A DNA stretch of 42,125 nucleotides from contig JAEUTR010000154.1 of assembly GCA_016787365.1 (NCBI GenBank), positions 1 through 42,125 of the forward strand. The letters run 5' to 3'. The translations under genes were made by a program, and so were the position numbers. Position 1 is the stretch's first letter, and the number at the start of each line of letters is the position of its first letter. Origin of the DNA: Bacteroidia bacterium (GTDB lineage Bacteria; Bacteroidota; Bacteroidia; B-17B0; Aurantibacillaceae). Below the pieces are notes generated by a model. The model was not told the DNA's origin. It saw only the letters and a list, made by a program, of their open reading frames with translations, and made no database searches. Positions 19,601 through 28,366 of this stretch are shown piece after piece.

Positions 19601-22600
19601 TACTTATGCTTGGAGTAATAGTTCTGTGGCGTCTTCTGTGAGCGGAATTTGTCCGGGACCAATTTCATTGACAATTACAGATATTTTAAATTGTACTTAC
19701 ACTACAACGTATACGATTCCTAGTATTACAACGATTACAAGTAGCACATTTGCTACTAATGTTAATTGCTTTGGAAATTGTAATGGAAGTGTATTAGCTA
19801 CAAATGTAGCAGGAGGATTACCGCCATATTCGTTTAATTGGAGTGATCCTGCAGGCCAGGCTACTGCATTAGCAAGTGGTTTATGTAGTGGGAATTATTC
19901 GGTAACAATTACGGATGCCAATGGGTGTTCTAATGTTTTACCGGCTGCTATTACTTCTCCCTCTCAACTTACGGTAACGCCAACTGTAACACAACCTAAT
20001 TGTGGATTATGTAATGGGTCAGCAATTGTAAATCCTTCAGGAGGAACACCCGGTTATTCATATGAGTGGAGTAATGCACAAACAGGCAATACTGCTTCAA
20101 ATTTATGTGCAGGAATATACATGTTGGAAGTCACAGATGGTAATGGCTGTATTTTAAATTCTAATGTTACAATTGATAACACTTCTTCTATCACAGGAGA
20201 AACCATTTCTTCTGCTAATGTTACTTGTAGCGGTGTTTGTGATGGTTCTGTAACGGTAACCGCTATTGGAGGAACTGCACCTATTACTTATCATTGGATT
20301 CACAATAATTCAAGTAGTCAAACTTTAAACGGGTTATGTGCCGGCACATACTTTTGTAATATGACCGATGCCAATGGATGTATTAAAACAGCAAGCGTGG
20401 TGATAGATGCTGTAACTAATTTTACGATTACTCCTCAAGTAACTCAATCCAATTGCTCTTCTGGTACAGGCTCTATAACTGTTAATGTAACAGGAGGAAC
20501 CGGAGCATATACATATGCATGGTTACCTGCGGGAAATACTGCTACCTTAACTAATTTAGCACCTGGAAATTATACTTTAACAGTATCTGATGGTAATTGC
20601 TCTCAGACACAGGTATATGCCATGAGCTCTGTGAATGGTCCAGTAGTTACATCAACCCAGCAAAATATTACATGTAGTGGTTTATGTAACGGCAGTATTT
20701 CTTTAACATTATCCGGAGGTACGCCTGGATATACAACAGCATGGTCTAATGGTGCAAGTACTTCAAATAATACAGGATTATGTGCCGGCGGATATTCGGT
20801 AATGGTTACAGATGCCGCGGGATGTTCAACCGTAAGAAATTTTTCTTTAACAACGGTAACTCCTATTGTATTTAGTTCTGCTGATGTAAATAACCCTTTA
20901 TGTAATAATATTTGTGACGGATCTATTACAACTCTACCAAGTGGGGGAGTTTTACCGTATAGTTATAATTGGGTAGGCTCTGGATCCACACTTTCAGTCG
21001 CTACCGGATTATGTTCAGGCAATTATTCGGTAACGGTAAGTGATGCAAATGGATGTTCTTCTCAAGAGACGTACACTTTAACAGCACCATCTTCTATAAG
21101 TGTAACAGCAGTTTTAATCGATGCAAGATGTAATGCTTCCATAGACGGAGCAATAGATTTAACAGTAGCAGGCGGTACACCAGGTTATACATACAGTTGG
21201 ACGCCGGGAGCTATTGTTACTCAGGATTTAAATAATATTCCTGCGGGAACATACAGTGTAGTAATTACTGATAATAATGGATGTAATATTGATTCCAGTT
21301 TTGTAATTGCAGAACCAGCAGTTATTGCAGCTAATGAAATTATAGTAAGTGCCGCTTGTTTTGGTAATTGTAATGGATCAATTGCTTTAAATCCAACAGG
21401 AGGAAATGGAGGCTATACTTACTCTTGGACTCCAAGTGCCAGCACAGGAACAATAACAAATGTTTGTCCTGGACCACAAACGGCAACCATTACTGATTCT
21501 AAAGGATGTGTATTAGTTGTAAATTACAATGTTCCTAGCTTAACAACTATAACAACCACAACATTAGCAACCAATAATAACTGTTTTAATGATTGTAATG
21601 GAATATTAACTGCAACTAATGTGGCGGGAGGCTTAGCTCCATATACTTTACAATGGAACGATCCATTAGGTCAATCAGGTAATACGGCAGTAGGATTATG
21701 TACAGGAAATTATTTAGTTACTATAACCGATGCAAATGGATGTTTTGATCAAATACCAGCTAATATAAGTGCTCCATCTCAAATTACTTTTACTCCAAAT
21801 ATCACGGCCCCAAGTTGTGATTTATGTAATGGCTCTGCCATAGTTAATCCTGTGGGAGGCACACCTACTTATACCTATTTATGGAGCAATAATCAAACAG
21901 GAAACACAGCCACTAATTTATGTTCAGGTATTTATGAAGTTCAGATAACAGATGGGAATGGTTGCTTATCAACTTCTAGTGTTGTAATTAATAGTTCAAG
22001 TGGTATAACCGGCGAAAATGTAATTGCTACAGACGTTACCTGTGCCGGACTTTGTAATGGAACTGCCAATGTTACTGCAGTGGGTGGAGTAGCACCAATA
22101 ACGTATAATTGGGTACATAATAATTCAACGAGTCAAACAATTAGTGGGTTATGCGCCGGAACTTATTTCTGTAATATGACAGATGCAAACGGCTGCTCAA
22201 GAACTGCCAGTGTTGTAATTGGTGCAGCAACTTCTTTAACCATAACTTCTCAGGTAACCCAATCATCTTGTTCTTCATCTACCGGTTCAATAACGGTTTC
22301 TGTAACTGGTGGTTCAGGCGTTTATACTTATGCATGGTTACCAACAGGCAATACAGCTAGTGTTACAAATTTAGCCCCAGGAAGCTACACACTAACTGTT
22401 AGTGATGGTTCCTGTTCAGAAACAGAAGTTTATTCCATTAATGCTATTAATGCCCCTGTCATAACGTCTACTAAAACAAATATTTCCTGTAACGGTAACT
22501 GCGATGGAATTTTATCAATTGCAATTTCAGGAGGTGCGCCGGGATATACAACATTATGGTCGAATGGAGCAAGTACGTCAAGCATTAGTGCTTTATGTAT

Positions 22601-23885
22601 TGGAGCTTATTCGGTTGAGGTTACTGATGCCGCAGGATGTAAAGCTGTCAGAAATTTTTCATTAGGACCTGTTTCTCAAATTTCATTTAGTTCTCCTGAT
22701 GTTGATGATCCTACTTGTTATAATAGTTGTAATGGGTCTTTAACGGTTATTTCTATAGGAGGAGCTATGCCATATACTTATTCTTGGACTCCAGTAGGTA
22801 TAAATACTCCCACTGTTAGTGGCTTATGTGCAGGAAATTATTCCGTATTGGTAACAGATGCTAACGGTTGCCCTGCTTCTAGTTCTTTTACATTAATTAA
22901 TCCACCAACATTAACATTAACGGCTGTAGTAACAGATGCCAGTTGTAATACAGCACTCGATGGGTCAATTGATATAACCACAAGTGGAGGTGGGCTGCCG
23001 CATACATATAACTGGACTCCCGGAGGAGTAATTACGGAAGATCTGATAAATGTATTGTCAGGATCTTATACAGTAACAGTAACAGATAATTTTGGATGCA
23101 CAATTGATTCCGCTTTTATCATTAATTCTACTTTAACAGTAAATGCTATTGCAGGAAATGACACTTTATTCTGTCAAAATGGAACATTATTTTTAAATGG
23201 AACAAATTCTAATGGAGGAATAACATATCAATGGATTGAATTACCTTCAGGTGCAGTTGTTTCAAATTCCATATCAACAATCGTTACTCCGGCAACTGGT
23301 ACAAATACGTTTGTTTTAATTGCAACTAATGGTGTGTGTATAGATAGAGACTCCTTAATTGTTACATCATTACCATTACCAACCGTAGATGCAGGACCTA
23401 TGGTGAGTATGCCTGTTTATTCTTCATCTGGAATTGGGGGAAGCCCTACAGGACCGGTAGGAAGCACTTACGTTTGGACACCTGCATTTGGGTTAGATAA
23501 TCCAACGGGTCCAAATCCAACTTCAGGAACAACGGTTACCACTATTTACACAGTAACTGTTGTAGATGTGAATGGTTGTTCTAACTCAGATACGGTAACT
23601 GTTTACATATATCCTGAAGTAGTTATACCAAATGGATTCTCACCTAATTCAGACGGCAAAAATGATGTTTGGCAAATTGATTTTATAGATCAATTCCCGG
23701 ATTGTGAGGTTGAAGTCTATAATCGTTGGGGAGAACAGTTATTCTATTCTAAAGGCTATTCAGTGCCGTTTAATGGAAAATACAAAGGAAAAGATTTACC
23801 GGTTGGCACTTACTACTATATTATTAATTTAAATCATCCGGCTTACCCAAAAGCATTTACAAGCCCATTAACCATATTCAGATAA
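13635..23885 (+). CDS. Giant T9SS-secreted cell-surface adhesin: signal peptide, ~250-aa N-terminal region, 38 SprB-type Cys-rich repeat modules, Ig-like region, and a type-B (gliding-motility-associated, CHU_C) C-terminal sorting domain
   Basis: The ORF is an uninterrupted 3,416 aa. The signal peptide is 'MLKKLLLFIALFVSGIFYAQ'. The module consensus is 'C-x-G-x-C-[ND]-G-x6-9-GG-x2-[PG]-Y-x-[YF]-x-W ... LC-x-G-x-Y ... D-x-x-GC'. The C-terminus is 'VIPNGFSPNSDGKNDVWQI...VEVYNRWGEQLF...GTYYYII'. Confidence 0.9.
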   Translation: MLKKLLLFIALFVSGIFYAQSLYWVGGSGYWNDKNHWSFQSGGVSANIIPGATSNVIFDNQSGGQDFVVHILQNTSVNTISAQNQFVKAEIISSPNVELRVFGALDLNHKFSLGINGILNLTPDNDCVYRISPFPLNCDVRVNTNKNIKFEYLNTLKSIYLSGNLKLNNSILISTNVYFENASIQLDNSFFQTSNVINFNTSNLSSSLQNQSRFICKKSNLSQESIRILTSAPGVNLAKMADCVAVVGTPTNVSCNATCDGVVVFDMTGCATPTGPYDIQWLNTNAACQSLPAAEIGYSGTTYSINTVCDCVTPYIVIFTNNTTGEQSFPQALVGKQPRPLLNITSVNPNCFSNCDGQIRTQILSGSPPISVSYNPPNISHTGIGLGGRDTLKNACSGTYTIVATGSDGCLNTFTRTLTQPQVLLTNGSSSSITCNGVCNGSATVSPTGGTSPYTYTWVPATSNTTTIANLCPGVVTMTMTDTKSCTATYSANIVQPPAVTLTVTKTDLNCRNICNGTASVTATGGIGGFTYSWSPSGGTTSQATGLCAGNYTCTVTNNVNCVQTITVDILSPPTLTATPTQTNVLCNAVCSASVNLNPAGGSPGYTYTWTAAVSTGSLANNLCAGVYSYTIGDVLGCQYTNSVTITEPPATTLTIANTSITCNGACNGTATGNMSGGAGSYTYSWSPGNPTGQATATVTGLCPGTYTLRVTDGNGCSISRTTVITQPTQIAVNVTSVSPTCNGVCDGSINSNPSGGSAPYSFTLQPTSGAPITSNPPFTNLCAGIFTLTVRDNNGCARTQTINLTQPNPILLTLNATSINCFNQCNATISSVVNGGSPVYTFTWSSGGTGNSISNQCAGVQTATVTDANGCRASSSVTITSRPDLTVSITPTNPNCNAQCTGIATTSVSGGTPNYTINWNNGGAGNIINNLCQGVYTATVTDFFGCIKTQTVAIVTPPAITLTTTNGTVSCAGSCNGIVSVTSTGGTAGYFYSWNSTPAQATQSANGLCAGNYVVSVTDAQGCIASSVANVSQPAALTSSVSNVLPSCNVCIGSATAHGIGGTAPYTYSWSPGGQTTQTANNLCVGIQTVTVTDSRGCTSTQTLQINQTVIILATTNGSTLTCNGACNGVATANPSGGIGPYTYSWSPAPVQTTQTATGLCAGIHTVMVSDANGCTNTSTVNFVNPPAITLNVNQTNVTCNSLCDGVATATASGGTGVISYVWQPGGSTSPSISGLCAGNYTVTATDINNCSQTQVVTITQNSSLAASFTFTNPTTCTSSDGSISAVISGGTPAYTFTWMPGNFTTNPLINLAAGTYSLYVNDAAGCTQTIVTTLSNPTGPTVTVTSNSVSCFGSCTGSATLSITGSAPFSVNGSAIPSNTTAISGLCAGNFISVITDANTCVTNQLINIAQPTPFTATGVVVNETCNAACNGAINLSPSGGTPGYSYTWSPSGGFVQDPTSLCANNYSVNISDANGCSITQTFVVTQPSTVTLSFNKKDVLCSGDCTGGVRAIVSGGTSPYSYSWIPSGSFAGSNIDTLVNLCSGIYTVNVTDASGCVISGTVDIGQPLALTSTITAINIKCHGQCNGSAVINASGGTLPYTYNYNTTPVTPTQTINGLCVGTYTGIVSDANGCTNSVNFSITEPLPIVVTTTISNPRCNAVCNGSVATTVTGGNPNYNYNWIPSGGPVPNPTGLCAGNYTLVVTDDSLCTGQALVVLTDPAALIANTSFTNPTCNAGCDGIVSANPIGGTAPFSYSWSTPVFTTQTVSNLCAGIYTITLSDANSCQSIQTVTLTNPPAIAINPALIPATCGFSNGSINAVAASGVAPYTYNWLDPILAGQSTNTMVTGIPAGTYTLVVTDADGCSTSSVIALSNSNGPGGAAFTTTNVACNGQCNGAAEISNPFGGTAPYIMSWINPASASASVTALCAGVYTARLEDANNCLFFQSVTITEPQSIDDNEIIVSAACLGNCNGSIAVTPSGGNGGYTYAWSNSSVASSVSGICPGPISLTITDILNCTYTTTYTIPSITTITSSTFATNVNCFGNCNGSVLATNVAGGLPPYSFNWSDPAGQATALASGLCSGNYSVTITDANGCSNVLPAAITSPSQLTVTPTVTQPNCGLCNGSAIVNPSGGTPGYSYEWSNAQTGNTASNLCAGIYMLEVTDGNGCILNSNVTIDNTSSITGETISSANVTCSGVCDGSVTVTAIGGTAPITYHWIHNNSSSQTLNGLCAGTYFCNMTDANGCIKTASVVIDAVTNFTITPQVTQSNCSSGTGSITVNVTGGTGAYTYAWLPAGNTATLTNLAPGNYTLTVSDGNCSQTQVYAMSSVNGPVVTSTQQNITCSGLCNGSISLTLSGGTPGYTTAWSNGASTSNNTGLCAGGYSVMVTDAAGCSTVRNFSLTTVTPIVFSSADVNNPLCNNICDGSITTLPSGGVLPYSYNWVGSGSTLSVATGLCSGNYSVTVSDANGCSSQETYTLTAPSSISVTAVLIDARCNASIDGAIDLTVAGGTPGYTYSWTPGAIVTQDLNNIPAGTYSVVITDNNGCNIDSSFVIAEPAVIAANEIIVSAACFGNCNGSIALNPTGGNGGYTYSWTPSASTGTITNVCPGPQTATITDSKGCVLVVNYNVPSLTTITTTTLATNNNCFNDCNGILTATNVAGGLAPYTLQWNDPLGQSGNTAVGLCTGNYLVTITDANGCFDQIPANISAPSQITFTPNITAPSCDLCNGSAIVNPVGGTPTYTYLWSNNQTGNTATNLCSGIYEVQITDGNGCLSTSSVVINSSSGITGENVIATDVTCAGLCNGTANVTAVGGVAPITYNWVHNNSTSQTISGLCAGTYFCNMTDANGCSRTASVVIGAATSLTITSQVTQSSCSSSTGSITVSVTGGSGVYTYAWLPTGNTASVTNLAPGSYTLTVSDGSCSETEVYSINAINAPVITSTKTNISCNGNCDGILSIAISGGAPGYTTLWSNGASTSSISALCIGAYSVEVTDAAGCKAVRNFSLGPVSQISFSSPDVDDPTCYNSCNGSLTVISIGGAMPYTYSWTPVGINTPTVSGLCAGNYSVLVTDANGCPASSSFTLINPPTLTLTAVVTDASCNTALDGSIDITTSGGGLPHTYNWTPGGVITEDLINVLSGSYTVTVTDNFGCTIDSAFIINSTLTVNAIAGNDTLFCQNGTLFLNGTNSNGGITYQWIELPSGAVVSNSISTIVTPATGTNTFVLIATNGVCIDRDSLIVTSLPLPTVDAGPMVSMPVYSSSGIGGSPTGPVGSTYVWTPAFGLDNPTGPNPTSGTTVTTIYTVTVVDVNGCSNSDTVTVYIYPEVVIPNGFSPNSDGKNDVWQIDFIDQFPDCEVEVYNRWGEQLFYSKGYSVPFNGKYKGKDLPVGTYYYIINLNHPAYPKAFTSPLTIFR
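14391..23132 (+). repeat. In-frame array of 38 tandem SprB-type modules (~63-78 aa each)
   Basis: I counted the modules by hand from the translation. The first begins at 'VSCNATCDG' (nt ~14391). The last ends at '...GCTIDSAFIINST' (nt 23132). Confidence 0.8.
19503..23132 (+). repeat. Two-copy tandem super-repeat, 1,815 nt each (19503..21317 and 21318..23132), eight modules per copy
   Basis: Copy 1 ('QSIDDNEIIVSAACLGNCNGSIAV...SSFVIAEP') and copy 2 ('AVIAANEIIVSAACFGNCNGSIAL...SAFIINST') align residue for residue. I could see no gap over 605 codons. Confidence 0.8.
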
Positions 23886-23887
23886 AA

Positions 23888-24811
23888 ATGAAAAATATTT
23901 TATACATAACGGTTATCGTATTGCTTGTAAATAGCTTACGAGCTCAGCAACTCCCTCAATATACTCAGTATATGTTAAATGATCTTGCTATCAATCCGGC
24001 AGTTGCAGGGAAAGATAATTTTGCGGATATGCGTTCTAACAATAGATATCAATGGATTGGTATAACTGATGCCCCAAGAACCTATATGCTAACGCTTCAT
24101 AGCCCATTAAAAAATCGACATATGGGTTTAGGCACACACATTTATACAGATATTGTAGGGCCAACCAGACGAGTAGGAATTAATTTGGCTTATGCATATC
24201 ACATTAAAGTTGCAGAAAAGACAAGAGTGTCATTGGGACTAAGTGCCGGCATTCAACAATGGGGAATTGACGGGCATAAATTACATCTGCATGATGCGGG
24301 AGATGATAATTTACTGGTTCAATATCAAACTAAAATAGTTCCTGATTTTGGAGCGGGCTTATACGTACATAACGAAACATGGCATATTGGTTTTAGTGCG
24401 CCACAATTGTATCAGAGTCCTATTAAATTATATCCGAGTGGAGATGGCAAAGGAACTTTGGTTACCCATTTCTTGTTAAATGGTGCTTATAAATTTAATA
24501 TCAATGATGATTTTAAAGTTGAGCCATCTTTTTTAGCAAAGTATGCCAACCCGGCGCCTGTAAAAATAGATATTGGGGCACGTGTCATTTATCAGGAACA
24601 AATTTGGTTAGGTGCAGGATATAGGCATAAAGATGCATTTACAGCTTTGATTGGATTTATGTATAAAAATTATCTGATGATTGGCTATTCTTATGATTTT
24701 ACAACCACTAACCTAAAAAGGTATTCTACCGGCACACACGAATTGATGCTTGGATTACGTTTTTCAAAACAACAGTCAAAACATTGGACTGATGACACGG
24801 TGGCGAATTAA
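23888..24811 (+). CDS. PorP/SprF-family type IX secretion system membrane protein
   Basis: The signal peptide is followed by the hallmark 'QQLPQYTQYMLNDLAINPAVAG'. The C-terminus is beta-barrel-like ('GTHELMLGLRF'). The gene starts 2 nt after the adhesin stop. Confidence 0.9.
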   Translation: MKNILYITVIVLLVNSLRAQQLPQYTQYMLNDLAINPAVAGKDNFADMRSNNRYQWIGITDAPRTYMLTLHSPLKNRHMGLGTHIYTDIVGPTRRVGINLAYAYHIKVAEKTRVSLGLSAGIQQWGIDGHKLHLHDAGDDNLLVQYQTKIVPDFGAGLYVHNETWHIGFSAPQLYQSPIKLYPSGDGKGTLVTHFLLNGAYKFNINDDFKVEPSFLAKYANPAPVKIDIGARVIYQEQIWLGAGYRHKDAFTALIGFMYKNYLMIGYSYDFTTTNLKRYSTGTHELMLGLRFSKQQSKHWTDDTVAN

Positions 24812-24861
24812 TTTCATGAATTCAGTCAATTTGTTTTATTTTTACAATTTTTAAATTAAAT

Positions 24862-25521
24862 ATGAAATTTCACAAAGAAGGATATCCGACATTACTGGTT
24901 ACAATTTTATTCAGTACCATCATTATTAGCATTGCCAAATTAGTATTTCCTGAATTTGCTATTGCCCATTGGTTTGCATACACATTATCAGCATTTTTAT
25001 TAATTGTGGTTATTCAGTTTTTCCGTCATCCATCTCGCGTTCATACACTTAATGATAATGCTATTATTGCTCCGGCAGATGGAGAGGTGGTTGTAATGGA
25101 AGAAACAGAAGAAGGAGAATATTTTAAAGACAAGCGTATTCAGGTGTCTATCTTTATGTCGCCAATTAATGTGCACGTTAATCGTTATCCAATTGCGGGA
25201 GATGTTACGTATGCAAAATATCATCCGGGTAAATTTATGGTGGCATCTTTACCTAAAGCAAGCACTGAAAACGAGCGAACATCGGTTGTTGTCAAACATC
25301 CTTCAAATGGAAAATCTGTTTTATTTAGACAAGTAGCCGGTGCTTTAGCACGTCGTATTGTGATGTATAGCAAAGAAGGAGATAAAGCAACACAATGTGG
25401 AGAAATGGGCTTTATTAAATTTGGTTCACGTGTTGATTTGTATTTGCCTTTAGACGCTAAATTAAAAGTAAAAATTGGAGATGTAGTAAAAGGAGCTCAA
25501 ACAATTATCGCTGAATTTTAA
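24862..25521 (+). CDS. psd: Phosphatidylserine decarboxylase (short, membrane-anchored type)
   Basis: It has N-terminal TM helices. The proenzyme self-cleavage region is 'GFIKFGSRVDLYLP', and 'NVHVNRYP' is also present. Confidence 0.8.
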   Translation: MKFHKEGYPTLLVTILFSTIIISIAKLVFPEFAIAHWFAYTLSAFLLIVVIQFFRHPSRVHTLNDNAIIAPADGEVVVMEETEEGEYFKDKRIQVSIFMSPINVHVNRYPIAGDVTYAKYHPGKFMVASLPKASTENERTSVVVKHPSNGKSVLFRQVAGALARRIVMYSKEGDKATQCGEMGFIKFGSRVDLYLPLDAKLKVKIGDVVKGAQTIIAEF

Positions 25522-26255
25522 TAAACAAACTCCTTTATTTCGGGTGGCATTACGTAAGAACTGTTTTTAGTATAAAAGCTTTGCAATTCTTTATTGAACT
25601 TTTTAACAAATTCTCCATACTTCTTTATAGAATATCCTGCTTGATAGTAAGGAAAAGGTTTATGTAACTGAATAAAATATCTATTCTTTACAACAATTGC
25701 CATTTCTTTTGAAGCAATACCTTTTTCAATTGCATAAGGAGCCTGAGATTCGGAAACGATTCCTAGGGATGATTCGTAAATAAAGCCTTGCTCTGCAATT
25801 AAATAAAACGAGGCATTACAAACAATGGACGGATTTACAGACAATGTAGAATCGACAAAAATGTTATCTAGTTTTTTGTGTTTAACAGAATCAGAATAAT
25901 TGGAGTAAAAAAAGTAAACCGGACAAAAATTAAATTCCTTGTTATATGCTCGAACAATAGCTTTATTGTTTAGATACGTTTCTCTTTCTACTTGTGTTGC
26001 TAAATCTATATTACCTGCATTTTTTAAACGATTAATAGTGTTGGCATTTGTTTTTAACCGAACCAATAAAACCCCTTCTTTTTTTAATAAATTAATTTGT
26101 GCTTTTGCTACACTAAAACGTAAGGCGTTAAATTTGAGAAAAGAAGAATCGGCTTTATAATTATTTGCTTTTTGTGTAGTACCTTCCTGTGAAATACCAG
26201 CTACACTATAAAATAAAATAAGTATAAAAACAAGGTTATTTAATTTCGGAGCCAT
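25518..26255 (-). CDS. Hypothetical secreted protein
   Basis: The signal peptide is '[16 protein letters not shown]'. I recognise no motif. Its start overlaps the metG stop region by 20 nt. Confidence 0.6.
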   Translation of the reverse strand: MAPKLNNLVFILILFYSVAGISQEGTTQKANNYKADSSFLKFNALRFSVAKAQINLLKKEGVLLVRLKTNANTINRLKNAGNIDLATQVERETYLNNKAIVRAYNKEFNFCPVYFFYSNYSDSVKHKKLDNIFVDSTLSVNPSIVCNASFYLIAEQGFIYESSLGIVSESQAPYAIEKGIASKEMAIVVKNRYFIQLHKPFPYYQAGYSIKKYGEFVKKFNKELQSFYTKNSSYVMPPEIKEFVY

Positions 26256-28287
26256 TATTAAAATTGGGTTTAGTAGCAGTGATAAAACTTAATTCACCGG
26301 CAGAGTTAGATGCCATTAAAATCATTCCCTGACTTTCAATGCCTTTGATTTTACGAGGCGCTAAGTTTACTAAAATACTTACTTGTTGACCTATAATATC
26401 TTCTGGGTTATACCATTCAGCAATGCCACTTACAACTGTTCGTTGGTCAATTCCGGTATCTATTTTTAATTTTAATAATTTATCTGTTTTAGGAACACGC
26501 TCGGCTTCTAAAATTGTTCCTGTGCGAATATCCATTTTACTGAAATCATCAAAACTAGTTTCTGGCTTGCTTGGTGCAATTGTGGTTATCGCGTTAGCAA
26601 AAGCATTAGCACTTTTGCTAGCATTTAATTTATCAATCTGTGTTTGAATTTCCACATCTTCAATTTTAGCAAAAAGTAGTTCTTCTTTATTGATTACATG
26701 TCCTGAAGCCATGTTACTGGTTTGTTTTGCGGCATGCCATTTTAAAACAGGCATGTTTAGCATATTAAATAGTTTAATGGATGTAAATGGAATAAAAGGT
26801 TCACACACTATTGCCAAATTACAAGTAATTTGTAAAGCAATATTCATGATTGTTTTTACTCGCTCTTCGTCTGTTTTAATTAATTTCCAAGGCTCAGTTT
26901 CGGCTAAATATTTATTTCCTAAACGAGCTAAGTTCATCATCTCAGCTAAGGCTTCTCTAAATTTAAATTGCTCTATAGCAGCCGAAATTTTATCTGGAAA
27001 AGCAGATAATTGTTCTAAGATTAATAAGTCTTCTTTTGTGTATCTGTCAGCAGAAGGAACTACGCCATTATAATATTTGTGCGTTAATACTAAAGTACGA
27101 TTCACGAAATTCCCTAAAATTGCCACTAATTCGCTATTGTTCTTCGTTTGAAAATCAGCCCAGGTAAAATCGTTATCTTTTGTTTCCGGAGCATTTGAAC
27201 ATAAGGTATAACGCAATACGTCTTGCTTATCTTTAAAGTCAATTAAATACTCATGTAACCAAACTGCCCAATTACGAGAGGTTGAAATTTTATCTCCTTC
27301 TAAATTTAAAAATTCATTAGCAGGGACATTATCGGCTAAAATAAAATCTCCATGCTCCATTAACATGGCTGGGAAAATAATACAGTGAAATACAATATTA
27401 TCTTTTCCAATAAAATGGATTAAACGTGTTTCTTTATCCTTCCAATATAATTCCCAATCAGTTGGCCTTAGTTCTTTAGTTGCCGAAATGTATCCAATAG
27501 GTGCATCAAACCAAACGTATAATACTTTTCCTTCTGCACCTTTTACTGGAACAGGAACACCCCAATCTAAGTCACGAGTCATGGCACGAGGCTGTAGACC
27601 ATCACCACTATCTAACCAACTTTTGCATTGACCATAAACATTTGTTTTCCAATCTTTATGTTGGTCAAGGTAAGCTTGAATTTTTGGTTGTAATTTATCT
27701 AAGGGTAAAAACCAATTTTTTGTTTCTTTTAAAACAGGCTTACTTCCACTTAAAGTTGATTTGGCATCAATTAATTCTGTAGCATTTAACGTACTACCAC
27801 ATTTTTCACATTGGTCGCCATAAGCATTTGGATTGGCACATTTAGGACAAGTCCCAGTAATATAACGGTCTGCTAAAAATTGTTTAGCCTCTTCGTCATA
27901 GTATTGTTCTGTTACTTCTTCCGTAAAAACGCCTTTATCGTATAATGTTTTAAAGAAATCTGAAGCTGTTTCGTGATGTATTTTACTGGAAGTGCGCGAA
28001 TAAACGTCAAATGAAATTCCAAATTCTTTAAAAGAATCGCCCATCATTTTGTGGTATTTGTTTACCACATCCTGAGGAGTTACGCCTTCTTTTTTGGCTT
28101 TAATGGTAATAGGAACGCCATGTTCATCACTACCGCAGATAAACAAAATATCTTCGCCTTTGCTTCTTTTATATCTTACAAAGATATCAGATGGCAAGTA
28201 GCAACCAGCCAAATGACCGATATGAACCGGACCATTAGCATATGGTAAAGCGGAAGTAACAAGTGTGCGTTTATAAGTAGCTGACAT
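26236..28287 (-). CDS. metG: Methionine--tRNA ligase
   Basis: The HIGH motif is 'PVHIGHLAG' and the KMSKS-type motif is 'KISTSRN'. The zinc knuckles are '[18 protein letters not shown]'. There is a C-terminal tRNA-binding (Trbp111/EMAP-like) domain. Confidence 0.95.
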   Translation of the reverse strand: MSATYKRTLVTSALPYANGPVHIGHLAGCYLPSDIFVRYKRSKGEDILFICGSDEHGVPITIKAKKEGVTPQDVVNKYHKMMGDSFKEFGISFDVYSRTSSKIHHETASDFFKTLYDKGVFTEEVTEQYYDEEAKQFLADRYITGTCPKCANPNAYGDQCEKCGSTLNATELIDAKSTLSGSKPVLKETKNWFLPLDKLQPKIQAYLDQHKDWKTNVYGQCKSWLDSGDGLQPRAMTRDLDWGVPVPVKGAEGKVLYVWFDAPIGYISATKELRPTDWELYWKDKETRLIHFIGKDNIVFHCIIFPAMLMEHGDFILADNVPANEFLNLEGDKISTSRNWAVWLHEYLIDFKDKQDVLRYTLCSNAPETKDNDFTWADFQTKNNSELVAILGNFVNRTLVLTHKYYNGVVPSADRYTKEDLLILEQLSAFPDKISAAIEQFKFREALAEMMNLARLGNKYLAETEPWKLIKTDEERVKTIMNIALQITCNLAIVCEPFIPFTSIKLFNMLNMPVLKWHAAKQTSNMASGHVINKEELLFAKIEDVEIQTQIDKLNASKSANAFANAITTIAPSKPETSFDDFSKMDIRTGTILEAERVPKTDKLLKLKIDTGIDQRTVVSGIAEWYNPEDIIGQQVSILVNLAPRKIKGIESQGMILMASNSAGELSFITATKPNFNNGSEIK

Positions 28288-28366
28288 AGTGTTTATTATA
28301 TAACTAAAATGTTGTAAAATTGTGTAAAGATAACATTAAACTTTATTCATTAAAAATCAAAATCCG

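Noticed and set aside
13635-23885. The strong ~200-230-nt periodicity could suggest a CRISPR array or satellite DNA.
   Set aside because: The periodicity lies in one 10.25-kb open reading frame. Unit lengths are multiples of three and vary from 63 to 78 codons. The units have no invariant direct repeats separated by unique spacers. It is a protein module array.
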